Positions 45,131-54,587 of a stretch of 64,000 bases of DNA are shown in pieces; position 1 is the stretch's first letter; each line of letters starts with the position of its first letter. A model generated the notes under the pieces. The model did no database searches, was not told the DNA's origin, and saw nothing but the letters and a program-made list of their open reading frames with translations. The position numbers and the translations under genes were made by a program. Source of the stretch: Patescibacteria group bacterium (GTDB taxonomy: Bacteria > Patescibacteriota > Patescibacteriia > UBA9934); NCBI GenBank assembly GCA_041660165.1, contig JBAZWW010000006.1, forward strand, positions 10,337-74,336, written 5' to 3'.

Positions 45131-45154
45131 CTATCCCTCCTCACGTCGGGATGG
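45131..45154. repeat. Family-1 hairpin element (CTATCCC-TCCTCACGTC-GGGATGG), 12 nt upstream of the orfX start codon
   Basis: Reverse complement identical to 14243-14267. Confidence 0.6.
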
Positions 45155-45411
45155 GAATAAATCCTATGCACGAATACGTGAATGATCCGATTGATGTGTC
45201 CGTGGATTTTGCGGGACGGAAGGTACGGCCCAATAAGGTTCGCTGGGGGCAACGGGATTACTTGATCAATAAGATCAATTTAGTTCACGGCGCCAGAGAG
45301 GGAGCCAAGCGAATCTTTTACTTCTCGGTCTCGGACGCCGCGAACTTTATGAAATTACGGCTTGATACGGAAACGCTTGAGTGGAGGCTGGTCGAGGTTT
45401 ATTCGTCCTGA
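45151..45411 (+). CDS. Hypothetical 86-aa protein, translationally coupled to dinB (orfX)
   Basis: Stop TGA overlaps/abuts the dinB start (TGATATG); no domain recognised. Confidence 0.45.
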   Translation: MGINPMHEYVNDPIDVSVDFAGRKVRPNKVRWGQRDYLINKINLVHGAREGAKRIFYFSVSDAANFMKLRLDTETLEWRLVEVYSS

Positions 45412-45412
45412 T

Positions 45413-46708
45413 ATGCCCATCATCCTGCACATCGACTTCAACTCATTCTTTGCGTCAGTCGAACAGCAGGCGAATCCCTTTCTTAGAGGAAAAGCAATCG
45501 CTGTAGCGGGTAAGGGCCGAGAGACCATCGACCCCCTCCCGGCCTCCCCCTTGGAAAGGTGGAGGGGCCATACTGAACGAGTCGACATCGGCAAACTTCA
45601 GTTTGCTAGATCTGTAGTCACTACTGCCTCACGCGAGGCGAAGAAGCGCGGGGTAAAAACCGCCATGGCCACGTGGGAAGCCAGGAAACTGGTACCCGAT
45701 TTACTCATCATCCCCGGAGATCCGCACAAATACAGCGAAATCACCGCCCGGATGATGGCCATTCTTCGCAGATACGGTGACGCGGTAGAACAGTTCAGTG
45801 CGGATGAAGCCTTTGCGGACATCACCTGCGCCTCAGGCGGAGATTATTTTGGCGCAGCTCTTTTAGCCGAACGCATTCGCGCGGATGTGCGCGCAGAATG
45901 CGGAGAGTGGTGCACCGCCTCACTCGGAGTCGCGCCAAACCGCCTTGTAGCAAAACTGGCAAGCGAATCTCAGAAGCCGGACGGACTGACGATTGTCCCG
46001 CCGGATGACGTGCTTTCTTTTATTGACTCTCGACCGCTCGCTGATTTCTGCGGTATCGGCCCGCGCATCGAACAGAGGCTCGCGTCTCTTGGCGCAACCT
46101 CAACAAAAACTCTGCGAGAACTTCCCCGCGAAAGACTGCTCGTAGCCTTCAAAAAGAGTTACGGTGACTGGCTGTACTTCGCGGCTCGCGGTATGAGCGA
46201 CGACAGAGTGGTTGACGAAACCGAGGATCCCAAATCTGTCGGTCACTCGTACACCTTTCCGCAAAGTCTAGAAACCGAAAATGACGTTCGCCGTCACCTC
46301 CTTGGTCTGGCCGATCGCGTCTCTTGGCGGATGCGAAAACAGGGACTCGCCGGAACGCACATCAGCGTCTATGTCCGCTATGACGACATGGACAGTGTGG
46401 GGCTCGGCAAAAAATATAAAGAGCCAATGTTTGATGGCTTAACGATTACAAAAACGGCGCTCGCCCTTCTTCTCCCTCGGCTATCCCTCCCACGAGGGAT
46501 CCGTCTCCTTGGCGTCTCAGTATCCGGCCTCGTGAAACTTCCTGGAGCGAATCCGCTTTTGCGAGCTGAGGCAAGAAACCAAAGCGCGCTCCGGTCGCTC
46601 GACAAAATCTCCGAGAGATATGGCAACGGGACATGGCAACGCTTGAGTACGCTTGGCGTCATCTTTAAGGAGCGGACAAGCGGATGGCATTATGACCATG
46701 AAGTTTAA
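45413..46708 (+). CDS. dinB: DNA polymerase IV (Y-family)
   Basis: MPIILHIDFNSFFASVEQ (DxD motif), SADEAFADIT, thumb/little-finger region; ~25-aa insertion after AVAGKG relative to canonical DinB. Confidence 0.85.
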   Translation: MPIILHIDFNSFFASVEQQANPFLRGKAIAVAGKGRETIDPLPASPLERWRGHTERVDIGKLQFARSVVTTASREAKKRGVKTAMATWEARKLVPDLLIIPGDPHKYSEITARMMAILRRYGDAVEQFSADEAFADITCASGGDYFGAALLAERIRADVRAECGEWCTASLGVAPNRLVAKLASESQKPDGLTIVPPDDVLSFIDSRPLADFCGIGPRIEQRLASLGATSTKTLRELPRERLLVAFKKSYGDWLYFAARGMSDDRVVDETEDPKSVGHSYTFPQSLETENDVRRHLLGLADRVSWRMRKQGLAGTHISVYVRYDDMDSVGLGKKYKEPMFDGLTITKTALALLLPRLSLPRGIRLLGVSVSGLVKLPGANPLLRAEARNQSALRSLDKISERYGNGTWQRLSTLGVIFKERTSGWHYDHEV

Positions 46709-47970
46709 CCGCCCACTTCTTCTTCAATCTCAAGCAGTCTATTATATTTTGCCAACCGTTCAGATCGCGACGGCGCGCCCGTCTTGATGTACTCGGCATT
46801 CACGGCAACCGCAAGATCAGCAATGGTTGTATCAGTTGTTTCTCCCGAACGGTGCGAGATGACAATTTTGTAGCCGTTTTTTTGCGAGTACTGAATAGTG
46901 TCCATGGTCTCAGATAGCGTGCCAATTTGATTGGGTTTGACGAGAACCGCATTAGCAATCCCCTCGCTAACCCCGCGCTTCACGCGCTCAATGTTCGTTA
47001 CGAACAGATCGTCCCCGATAAGCAACAACTGGTCGTTAAGCCGTTTGGTCATCTTCTTCCACTCATCCCACGAATCCTCAGACAAACCATCCTCGATGGA
47101 TAGCATTGGGTACTTTTCAAGCCACTCTTCATACAGCGCGATCATTTGATCGGCGGTAAGTTTTCGGCGATCGGTATTCAAAATGTACAGGCCGGTGCGC
47201 TCGTCAAAAAACTCGCTGGCCGCTACGTCAATACCAAAATGAATCTGCTTGCCCGGTTTGTAGCCGGCCGACTTAACCGCTTTGAGCAAATACTCGAGCG
47301 CCTGCTCGGTCTTGCCAACATCCGGCGCGTATCCGCCCTCGTTGCCGACATCTGTATCGAGCCCATCCTTCTTCAAGACATCGCCGAGCGCGTGGAAAAT
47401 CTCACTCCCTGCCTGTAACTGTTTCGAGTACTTCTTAATGCCGTCGGGAATGATGATGAACTCCTGCATGTCGAGGTTAGTATCCGCATGACGCCCGCCG
47501 TTAAAAACGTTCATGAGCGGGATCGGCAACTTATAGGTTCTGTGCTTAATGCTGTAAACATCGCGCAAGTACACATACAGCGGAAGCTTCGCTCGGCGAG
47601 CACCCGCGTGCGCACAGGCCATGGAGACGCCAAGGATAGCGTTCGCACCCAGCTTACGTTTGTTATCCGTGCCGTCGAGAACGCGCATCGCATCATCGAT
47701 ACCTTTCAAATCGAAAACATCCATCCCCCGCAACGCTTTGTTGATCGGCCCGTTCACATTCGCCACCGCTTTCAATACGCCCAGCCCGCGATAGCGCTTC
47801 TTATCGCCATCGCGTAATTCTAGCGCCTCATGCACGCCAGTCGACGCGCCCGAAGGAACGGAAGCGTTCCCTCTGGTGCCATCTCGAAGCGTCACCGTGA
47901 CGTGAACGGTGGGGTTGCCTCTTGAATCGAGGATCTCATGCGCATGAATGTTATCTAGGCGATCTAGCAC
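46705..47970 (-). CDS. eno: Enolase
   Basis: 421 aa; HAHEILDSRGNPTV..., SHRSGETTDTTIADLAV. Confidence 0.95.
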   Translation of the reverse strand: MLDRLDNIHAHEILDSRGNPTVHVTVTLRDGTRGNASVPSGASTGVHEALELRDGDKKRYRGLGVLKAVANVNGPINKALRGMDVFDLKGIDDAMRVLDGTDNKRKLGANAILGVSMACAHAGARRAKLPLYVYLRDVYSIKHRTYKLPIPLMNVFNGGRHADTNLDMQEFIIIPDGIKKYSKQLQAGSEIFHALGDVLKKDGLDTDVGNEGGYAPDVGKTEQALEYLLKAVKSAGYKPGKQIHFGIDVAASEFFDERTGLYILNTDRRKLTADQMIALYEEWLEKYPMLSIEDGLSEDSWDEWKKMTKRLNDQLLLIGDDLFVTNIERVKRGVSEGIANAVLVKPNQIGTLSETMDTIQYSQKNGYKIVISHRSGETTDTTIADLAVAVNAEYIKTGAPSRSERLAKYNRLLEIEEEVGG

Positions 47971-47975
47971 AGTAA

Positions 47976-48761
47976 TTATTGAATGGCGAACTCGATAGTT
48001 ACGGTCTTGGAAACTTCCGTCTGGCCTGGCTGTAAAGAAGGAACCATACCGTTGCCGGCACCTCCCAACATATCCTTAGAAGAAAAATACGGAAGTGGCG
48101 AAGAGTTGTCGTATTCCGAATAGGAAATAACATGGCCGAGCTTGGCGTGCATAGCAGTGGCAATAGCCGTCCCCTGTTCGTAGGCTTTGGCGATAGCATT
48201 CTGTCTGGCTTCCGCTTCAACCGCCGCTGGATCATCCACCGTGTATTGCAAACCGTTAATATTCGTAGCGCCAAGAGAGAGCGCCTTATTCAAAATGGCT
48301 CCTGCATCTGCCGTCTTCCTAACCTTCACCGTGATTGTTTCATTAGCCTCATAGCCAACTACTTTGGCCGGCGAGGAGTTGTAATCATAAGAAGGGTTCA
48401 CGCTGTAGTTGCTAGTCTGAATATCCTTTGCGTCAACGCCCATGGCCTTGACCGCCTCAACGATCAAGTTCGTCTTTACGGCATTGTCACTGCCGGCTTT
48501 CTCAGCAGTTGAGGCAGTATTGGTAACGCCAAGATCTGCTGTCACTACATTCGGCGTAGCGCTGGCCTTATCTGTGGCCGAAACTGAAATCATCGGCGCT
48601 TGGCGATCCGCAATACCAACATGGTTCAGCTCAAGCATTTGCTTCTTGATGAGCACTCCCGCATAGACAATTCCGTACACCAGCGCAATGGCAAGCAACA
48701 GCGCAAACAATTTATTTTCCTGCCACTGTGGCCAAAACCCGCCCGAGGATTCTTTTGCCAT
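47976..48761 (-). CDS. SIMPL-domain (DUF541) periplasmic protein
   Basis: From MAKESSGG: signal anchor, then a SIMPL-like domain (NLIVEAVKAMGVDAKDIQTSNYSVNP...ARQNAIAKAYEQG). Confidence 0.55.
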   Translation of the reverse strand: MAKESSGGFWPQWQENKLFALLLAIALVYGIVYAGVLIKKQMLELNHVGIADRQAPMISVSATDKASATPNVVTADLGVTNTASTAEKAGSDNAVKTNLIVEAVKAMGVDAKDIQTSNYSVNPSYDYNSSPAKVVGYEANETITVKVRKTADAGAILNKALSLGATNINGLQYTVDDPAAVEAEARQNAIAKAYEQGTAIATAMHAKLGHVISYSEYDNSSPLPYFSSKDMLGGAGNGMVPSLQPGQTEVSKTVTIEFAIQ

Positions 48762-48861
48762 AAGAAAAAAATAATGAAGATTTGATAAAAGTATAACATG
48801 CAAAGATCCTCCGGCATCCGCGCGAGCGAATCCGGAGGATTGAAAATTGAACGAGGACTAA

Positions 48862-49449
48862 CTACCGGCGGAAAACCACCGTGCCGAACCGAGAACTCGC
48901 AACGCGAACGCTACCCCCAACGCTACACAACTTCGGCACGCCGTACCATATGCCGAGGTCCGCACAATGGCGACGAACAACTGAACCGGGGAGAGTCATG
49001 TAATGCTCGTTCTCCACTACCACGTTCTTGTCCTTGTGATGAATGTAGATGGCGAGTCCAACCTCGGCGGTCCCGGCGTAAAGCCCACGCTTAATAGCTT
49101 CAGCACGGCATTCGTTCGGTCTCTTCATGTGATTCACACGACCGTCAAGCGCGCAGATCCAATGAGGGTATGCCGGGGTAACGTCACGCAGGCTGTACGG
49201 CGCCAGTTTGGCCGTACCAAGGCCTCTGACCTGAGCCAACGACAAAGATCTCATGAGCCCCGGTCGCGGATCCACCAGCGCGAGCAATGGGAATTCGCCA
49301 TCATGCGCCATTCCCGGAGGCACCAAAGGAATGGACGCCAGGTAGACGTCGATTGACGCAATGCGGAGCGCGTCCGCAAACCCGAGGCGAAAATTGCGCT
49401 CCATCTGCTCTTCTCGAACTTCAGCCAAGCTGGCCATAAAACACCTCAC
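48862..49449 (-). CDS. Hypothetical protein (possible dUTPase/dCTP-deaminase-like beta-barrel; weak)
   Basis: 195 aa; SIDVYL... and GLAIYIHHKDKNVVVENEHYMTLPG are faintly reminiscent of the Dcd/Dut fold; candidate promoter TTGACG-17-TAGTAT upstream (minus strand, 49480-49508). Confidence 0.3.
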   Translation of the reverse strand: MRCFMASLAEVREEQMERNFRLGFADALRIASIDVYLASIPLVPPGMAHDGEFPLLALVDPRPGLMRSLSLAQVRGLGTAKLAPYSLRDVTPAYPHWICALDGRVNHMKRPNECRAEAIKRGLYAGTAEVGLAIYIHHKDKNVVVENEHYMTLPGSVVRRHCADLGIWYGVPKLCSVGGSVRVASSRFGTVVFRR

Positions 49450-49533
49450 GCAAATGGGTTTTAGAAAGAAACTAGCCGGATACTAGCCAAAAACGGAGGC
49501 TTCGTCAACCTCAAGTGTCCTTCCCTAAATAAA

Positions 49534-49585
49534 CTCGACAAGTAAGAAAAATGTGGTATGATGCAAATATCACCACGAAAAAGAC
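49534..49585. terminator. Hairpin + T-tract terminator downstream of the NYN gene (bidirectional-looking)
   Basis: AAAAAGACCCTTATACGG-TTCCGT-CCGTATCGGGGGCTTTTTCTTTTT. Confidence 0.5.
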
Positions 49586-49587
49586 CC

Positions 49588-50112
49588 TTATACGGTTCCG
49601 TCCGTATCGGGGGCTTTTTCTTTTTGGATATGAGATTGAACGGAGGTCAAATACGTAATAGGAGCGCCGGTTCGCTTTAACAAAATTGAGCATTTCCGCT
49701 CGTTCGCCGGAGACAAAACCGCTCGTAAAGCCAGACGAGCCTTCAAGAATGAAACGAGGCTCGCATAATCGCCGTCGCTCGTAACTAGGACTATTTGCTC
49801 ACATGTCTTTTGAAAATGGTCGGCCATAGCCCGCACTACAAGATCAGCATCACAATTTCCCTTTGGCTTTCCGGCGCTGTCATACACTACCTCTTTGTAG
49901 ACCAATAAAAATCCAGCCTTCTGCAAATCTTCATAAAGTTTCTTGTACTTGGGGATCAAACCGATAAATAAGTAGGCCTCAGATACGCCATATTTTTCTC
50001 TCAACCATACTCGGAATCTTTCATAATCCAAAATCCATCCCTGGGCATGGATGCCCTTATGGAGATTTGCTCCGTCAACGTACGCAAAAGTTTTCTTGCT
50101 CGATTGATGCAT
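49588..50112 (-). CDS. NYN-domain (LabA-like PIN-fold) protein
   Basis: 174 aa; FAYVDGANL, NCDADLVV, LVTSDGDYASL acidic motifs of NYN/LabA. Confidence 0.7.
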   Translation of the reverse strand: MHQSSKKTFAYVDGANLHKGIHAQGWILDYERFRVWLREKYGVSEAYLFIGLIPKYKKLYEDLQKAGFLLVYKEVVYDSAGKPKGNCDADLVVRAMADHFQKTCEQIVLVTSDGDYASLVSFLKARLALRAVLSPANERKCSILLKRTGAPITYLTSVQSHIQKEKAPDTDGTV

Positions 50113-50118
50113 AAAAGG

Positions 50119-51246
50119 CTAAACACGTAGCGCCTCAAGTCCTGGCAATTTCTCACCGGAAAGGAAGGCGAGCATAGCGCCTCCGCCAGTAGAAACATGA
50201 GTAAAGCCACCGAGCAATTTTGCAGACTCAAGGAACTCGATTGAGTCTCCCCCGCCAACAATCGAGTGATCTAGTTTGCGCTTGAGAATTGCTCGGCCAA
50301 TAGCTTTAGTGCCGGCCCTGCCTTTTGCTTCTTCAATGATTCCCATGGGGCCGTTCCACAAAACGGATCTGGCGCGCTCGATCTCCGCTGTAAAAAGAGC
50401 AATCGAGTTCAGGCCAATGTCTGAGGCCCGGCCCTTGCTGTCAATGACAAGATCTTCGGGAAGTACGAGCTTATCCATAAAATCGCGCAGAACTCTTTCA
50501 GCACCCCGCACATCTTCTTTGTCGATAGTCTTCTTAACGCTCGCGGGAACAGGCCGATTAAGCGCAAGCAAGAATGGGAGCGAGATGGCCCCGCCGAGCA
50601 AGATACGATCAGTCTTCCCGCCGAGATGCTGAAGAATCGGGATTTTCGTTTTTAGCTTTGCTCCGCCCATGATGAGCAGAAATGGATGGGTTGGCGGTTC
50701 GTCGAGTTCTCGAATCTCGCGTTCAACGAGCTCGCCGGCAAAGCTTGGTAAGTATTTTGTGATACCGGCAACCGAAGCATGAGCTCGATGACAGACGCCA
50801 AAGGCATTGTTCACATACACGTCCGCCAGGTGCGCGAGGGATTTTGCAAACGCCGGATCATTCGCCTCCTCACCCGGATCAAAGCGCAAATTTTCGATCA
50901 TCAAAATCTCACCCGCGTCTGCGCCCAGAATTTCGCGCTCAATTGAGGCACCGATGAGACCGTCAAGTACTCTGATAGGCCGGCCGAGCTTTTGCGCAAG
51001 CAACTTTGCGACGGGTTTTACCGAAAACTTCGGATCAACCTTCCCGCCGGGGTCGCCCAAATGCGTAGCGAGAATAATGCGCGCGCCATGTGCTCGCAGT
51101 TTCACAATCTCAGGGATAGTTTGCGAAAGCCGTCCCCTGGAACCGTCAAAAGCTCGACCATTTTTCAAAGGTACGTTGCCATCAATACGCAAAAAGACTC
51201 TGGTGCCGAGATGCAGATCTTTGCTTGTCCACGTTTTCAATTTCAT
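50119..51246 (-). CDS. pgk: Phosphoglycerate kinase
   Basis: MKLKTWTSKDLHLGTRVFLRIDGNVP..., hinge and ATP-binding motifs. Confidence 0.95.
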   Translation of the reverse strand: MKLKTWTSKDLHLGTRVFLRIDGNVPLKNGRAFDGSRGRLSQTIPEIVKLRAHGARIILATHLGDPGGKVDPKFSVKPVAKLLAQKLGRPIRVLDGLIGASIEREILGADAGEILMIENLRFDPGEEANDPAFAKSLAHLADVYVNNAFGVCHRAHASVAGITKYLPSFAGELVEREIRELDEPPTHPFLLIMGGAKLKTKIPILQHLGGKTDRILLGGAISLPFLLALNRPVPASVKKTIDKEDVRGAERVLRDFMDKLVLPEDLVIDSKGRASDIGLNSIALFTAEIERARSVLWNGPMGIIEEAKGRAGTKAIGRAILKRKLDHSIVGGGDSIEFLESAKLLGGFTHVSTGGGAMLAFLSGEKLPGLEALRV

Positions 51247-51251
51247 ACAAA

Positions 51252-52517
51252 TCACGCATCATTCTTATCGTAGATAATAACGCCCCTCAGCCACTTCTTA
51301 AGCGCCATTGGCCACGGCAAAATGTGAAAGAAATACCGAAAGTCAACAAAACGACGCAAATAAAAAGCGAGCGGACCGGAAAAAGTAATGCCCCTAATAT
51401 TTCCTACGCCAAATTTTCCGCTAAGCGCAATCAGCACGTCCCAACGCTTGCGGAACGGAAACGGCTTCAAAGGCAATCCCTTGAGATCCCGCAAAATATT
51501 TACAGCGATCCATCGCCCCTGTCCTATGGCCGATTGGGCAGTCATAGGTTCAAGCGTGTTCGTCAAAGGGTTGCAAAACGCAATGCAATCGCCGGCCGCA
51601 TAAACGTGATCTGCATCCTTCACCGCAAAAGTCGGCTCAACAAGTATTCGGCCCTTCTCATCATGAGGAAAAACCATGTCTCTGGATACTTTCCCCGGCG
51701 TAACCCCCCCGGCCCAAACGCAAAGGTCGCACGGAAGGTCTGCAATCGACCCATCTTTCTCTTTCAAAACGAGCATCTTCGGCCTGGCCTCCATAACAGA
51801 AAAACCAGACAACACATGGACACCAATTTTCTTTAATCGCTTCACAGCAATTCGCGACATCGCTTTTGGAAAAACGGATAAGGGCGCCAATCGGTCAACA
51901 AGCGAAACACGAACCGTTCCCCGAATAAGCTGCTCCATTCTCTCTAACCGAGTCACGGCTCCCATGATCTCCCCGGCCAATTCAACGCCCGTTGGCCCTC
52001 CCCCCACAATAACAATGTTCCGCCGGTCATGCTTCATAGCGCCCTTCATGATCTCAGATGCCCGACGTTCAATCGCTATGGCGTCAGACGCGGACTTAAG
52101 CGGAAAACAATGCTCCGGAAATCCGGGAATTCCAAAATAGTTTACTTCAGAGCCAAGCGCTACCACCAGCGTGTCATAGGCAATAGTCAAACCATCTTCT
52201 AAGAAAACAATCTTCCGTGCGGGATCAACGCTTTTCACGCTCTCATGGCGGAAATGCACCTGCTGATATCCGGGAATTCCATGGAATGGAACGCTCGCAG
52301 AAACAAAAAGCGCATCATGATCTTTTTTTTGTCCTTGGGCATCGAGTATGCCCGAAGCAACCTCATACAGCCACGGCGTATACGCGTGCGCCGGCGAGCG
52401 GTCGATAATTGTTACCTCGCACGTCTTGCCGACTACCCCAGCCTGCACCAGCCTCCTGGCCGTCATCAAACCCGCAAACCCTCCGCCAAGAATGACAATT
52501 TTCGGGAGCGCGGACAT
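51252..52517 (-). CDS. ndh: Type II NADH dehydrogenase (NDH-2) / FAD-dependent pyridine nucleotide-disulfide oxidoreductase
   Basis: 421 aa; two Rossmann GxGxxG motifs (ILGGGFAGL, IVGGGPTGVE); C-terminal membrane-anchoring helices. Confidence 0.8.
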   Translation of the reverse strand: MSALPKIVILGGGFAGLMTARRLVQAGVVGKTCEVTIIDRSPAHAYTPWLYEVASGILDAQGQKKDHDALFVSASVPFHGIPGYQQVHFRHESVKSVDPARKIVFLEDGLTIAYDTLVVALGSEVNYFGIPGFPEHCFPLKSASDAIAIERRASEIMKGAMKHDRRNIVIVGGGPTGVELAGEIMGAVTRLERMEQLIRGTVRVSLVDRLAPLSVFPKAMSRIAVKRLKKIGVHVLSGFSVMEARPKMLVLKEKDGSIADLPCDLCVWAGGVTPGKVSRDMVFPHDEKGRILVEPTFAVKDADHVYAAGDCIAFCNPLTNTLEPMTAQSAIGQGRWIAVNILRDLKGLPLKPFPFRKRWDVLIALSGKFGVGNIRGITFSGPLAFYLRRFVDFRYFFHILPWPMALKKWLRGVIIYDKNDA

Positions 52518-52520
52518 AGG

Positions 52521-53012
52521 TTATGAAAACAATGTTCGGACAATCATGCCCGGATGTGAAATGTTGCGCAGTATCAAACCGTTAAGTCCGGCAGCGTGGC
52601 CTAGTCCGCCTGATAAACCCATAAGCGCCAGGCTCATCATCATGAGTTCTGGCCAGAAAATTGTTTTCACCGTGACCAAAGGCAAAAGCACTGTGTCAAT
52701 AACTGCCAATATTATGAATATCAGGATGCTCGCTGGCTTAGTGAATAGGCCGAGCACGAAACAGACCGCCACGACCAACAAAGGAAGCACTAACCAAGAA
52801 ATAGTTGAGGCGTGAGGAACTGCCAGAGATCTCACTATATCAAGTGGCAAAATCCCGTTAGCCATAGGCGTATGACCATGGGCCCAAGCGATCTCAAGTG
52901 AGAATTTCGCTAGAGTAGCCCCAAAGGCAACACGCAAGAGTACTAATGCTGGACCAAAAAATTTTTCGTTTGTACCGGCCGAAATTCTACCAAACATTGT
53001 TTGCACGCGCAT
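52521..53012 (-). CDS. DoxX-family membrane protein
   Basis: 163 aa, four TM helices, LLRVAFG motif. Confidence 0.5.
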   Translation of the reverse strand: MRVQTMFGRISAGTNEKFFGPALVLLRVAFGATLAKFSLEIAWAHGHTPMANGILPLDIVRSLAVPHASTISWLVLPLLVVAVCFVLGLFTKPASILIFIILAVIDTVLLPLVTVKTIFWPELMMMSLALMGLSGGLGHAAGLNGLILRNISHPGMIVRTLFS

Positions 53013-53013
53013 A

Positions 53014-54051
53014 TTAAAGATTCCGCGCTCCGGCCATCAAAACAACCTCGACTAATCTGTTCGAGTACCCCCACTCATTGTCATACCACGCCACAACCTT
53101 AACAAGATTACCTGCCACCACGTTCGTCAGCTCAGCATCAACGATAGCTGATCGTGTATCGCCGATATAGTCACTCGACACGAGCGGTTCAAAACTGACG
53201 CCAAGAATCCCTTTGAAGCGCGGGGTCTCACTTGCTTTGACGAGTGCCTCATTCACTTCGTCAATGGTGACGTCTCGCTTCAGCACAAAGGTCATGTCAG
53301 ACAGCGACACCGTTGGCAACGGAACACGAATCGAGAGACCATCGAACTTCTCTTTGAGCGAAGGAATGGTTTCGGTTACGGCGATGGCGGCTCCCGTTGA
53401 GGTTGGCACGAGGTTCTCTGCGGCGGCCCTCCCCTCACGCACGTCCTTCCTTGGCGAATCTACAAGAGCTTGCGAGGCAGTGTAGCCGTGAACCGTGGTC
53501 ATGATCGCTTTTTCTATGCCGAACGCTTCCTCAATGACTGCAGTCACGGGCGCCACGCAATTGGTGGTGCAAGAGGCATTGTTAATGACCGCGTGACGAT
53601 CCGTTTTTATCCCCTCGCAGTTCACTCCGCGAACATACGTAGGCACGTCTCCGCCCTTAGCTGGGGCCGACATCACGACACCCTTAGCACCAGCCTTAAT
53701 GTGGGCCTCGGCTTTTTCTTGCGTGGTAAACAAACCCGTTGACTCGATGACAATATCAATCCCCATCTTCTTCCACGGCAACATGGCCGGATCTTTTTCG
53801 GCAAGCAACTCGACCTTCTTCCCGTCAATCATGAGCGAGTTCCCCTCAGCCACAACTGGCACCTTCCATTTCCCATAGTTCGTATCATGTGTCAGCAAAT
53901 AGGCGAGTGTTTTCGCATCAGTTAAATCGTTGATCGCTACCACCTCAAACCCCGGCTGTCCCCAACCAACCTTAAGCGCACTCCGACCGATTCTTCCAAA
54001 TCCGTTAATCGCAATTTTTGGCATAGAAAAAAAGAATGCTGTTGCTTGCAT
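53014..54051 (-). CDS. gap: Glyceraldehyde-3-phosphate dehydrogenase, type I
   Basis: 345 aa; INGFGRIGR, ASCTTNCVAPV. Confidence 0.95.
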   Translation of the reverse strand: MQATAFFFSMPKIAINGFGRIGRSALKVGWGQPGFEVVAINDLTDAKTLAYLLTHDTNYGKWKVPVVAEGNSLMIDGKKVELLAEKDPAMLPWKKMGIDIVIESTGLFTTQEKAEAHIKAGAKGVVMSAPAKGGDVPTYVRGVNCEGIKTDRHAVINNASCTTNCVAPVTAVIEEAFGIEKAIMTTVHGYTASQALVDSPRKDVREGRAAAENLVPTSTGAAIAVTETIPSLKEKFDGLSIRVPLPTVSLSDMTFVLKRDVTIDEVNEALVKASETPRFKGILGVSFEPLVSSDYIGDTRSAIVDAELTNVVAGNLVKVVAWYDNEWGYSNRLVEVVLMAGARNL

Positions 54052-54098
54052 TTTATCACACTATATGAGAATATTCTCTGTTCGAAAAGGAGTGCTTC

Positions 54099-54527
54099 AT
54101 GAAACGTCTTCTCTGCCTTTGTTTTGGAAACACGTGCCGGAGCCCGCTCATGCAGGTAGTATTCCAGCGCGAGCTTGGCGAGGGCTGGATCGTGGAATCG
54201 GCCGGGCTCATTGAAAAAAGGGTGCTCGCTAAGCACGCCACGGACGAATCAATCCTCGTGGCCGCGGAACGCGGTCTGGACGTCAGCAATCATCGTCCCC
54301 GGTCAATCCGCGGGCTGACTGAGGCATACGACTTCGATCGCTACCTCGTCACGGATCAGGACATCTGCCACGGGCTAGTCACAGTCGGGATCCAACGGCA
54401 CAGAATCATGATCCTGAACGGATCAATCGGGATTCCCAGTCCGTGGCATCGATCGATAGAAGATTACCGCTTGTACATGGATCGGCTTGAAGCCACCGCG
54501 AAGGAACTCGCCGTGCGCCTCGCGTGA
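54099..54527 (+). CDS. Low-molecular-weight protein-tyrosine phosphatase / arsenate-reductase-fold protein
   Basis: 142 aa; P-loop CLCFGNTCRS (CX5R). Confidence 0.8.
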   Translation: MKRLLCLCFGNTCRSPLMQVVFQRELGEGWIVESAGLIEKRVLAKHATDESILVAAERGLDVSNHRPRSIRGLTEAYDFDRYLVTDQDICHGLVTVGIQRHRIMILNGSIGIPSPWHRSIEDYRLYMDRLEATAKELAVRLA

Positions 54528-54587
54528 TCCAGAAATACATCGCGTCGGAAGAGGGAGCCCCTAAGCTCCCTCTTATGTATTACAAAA

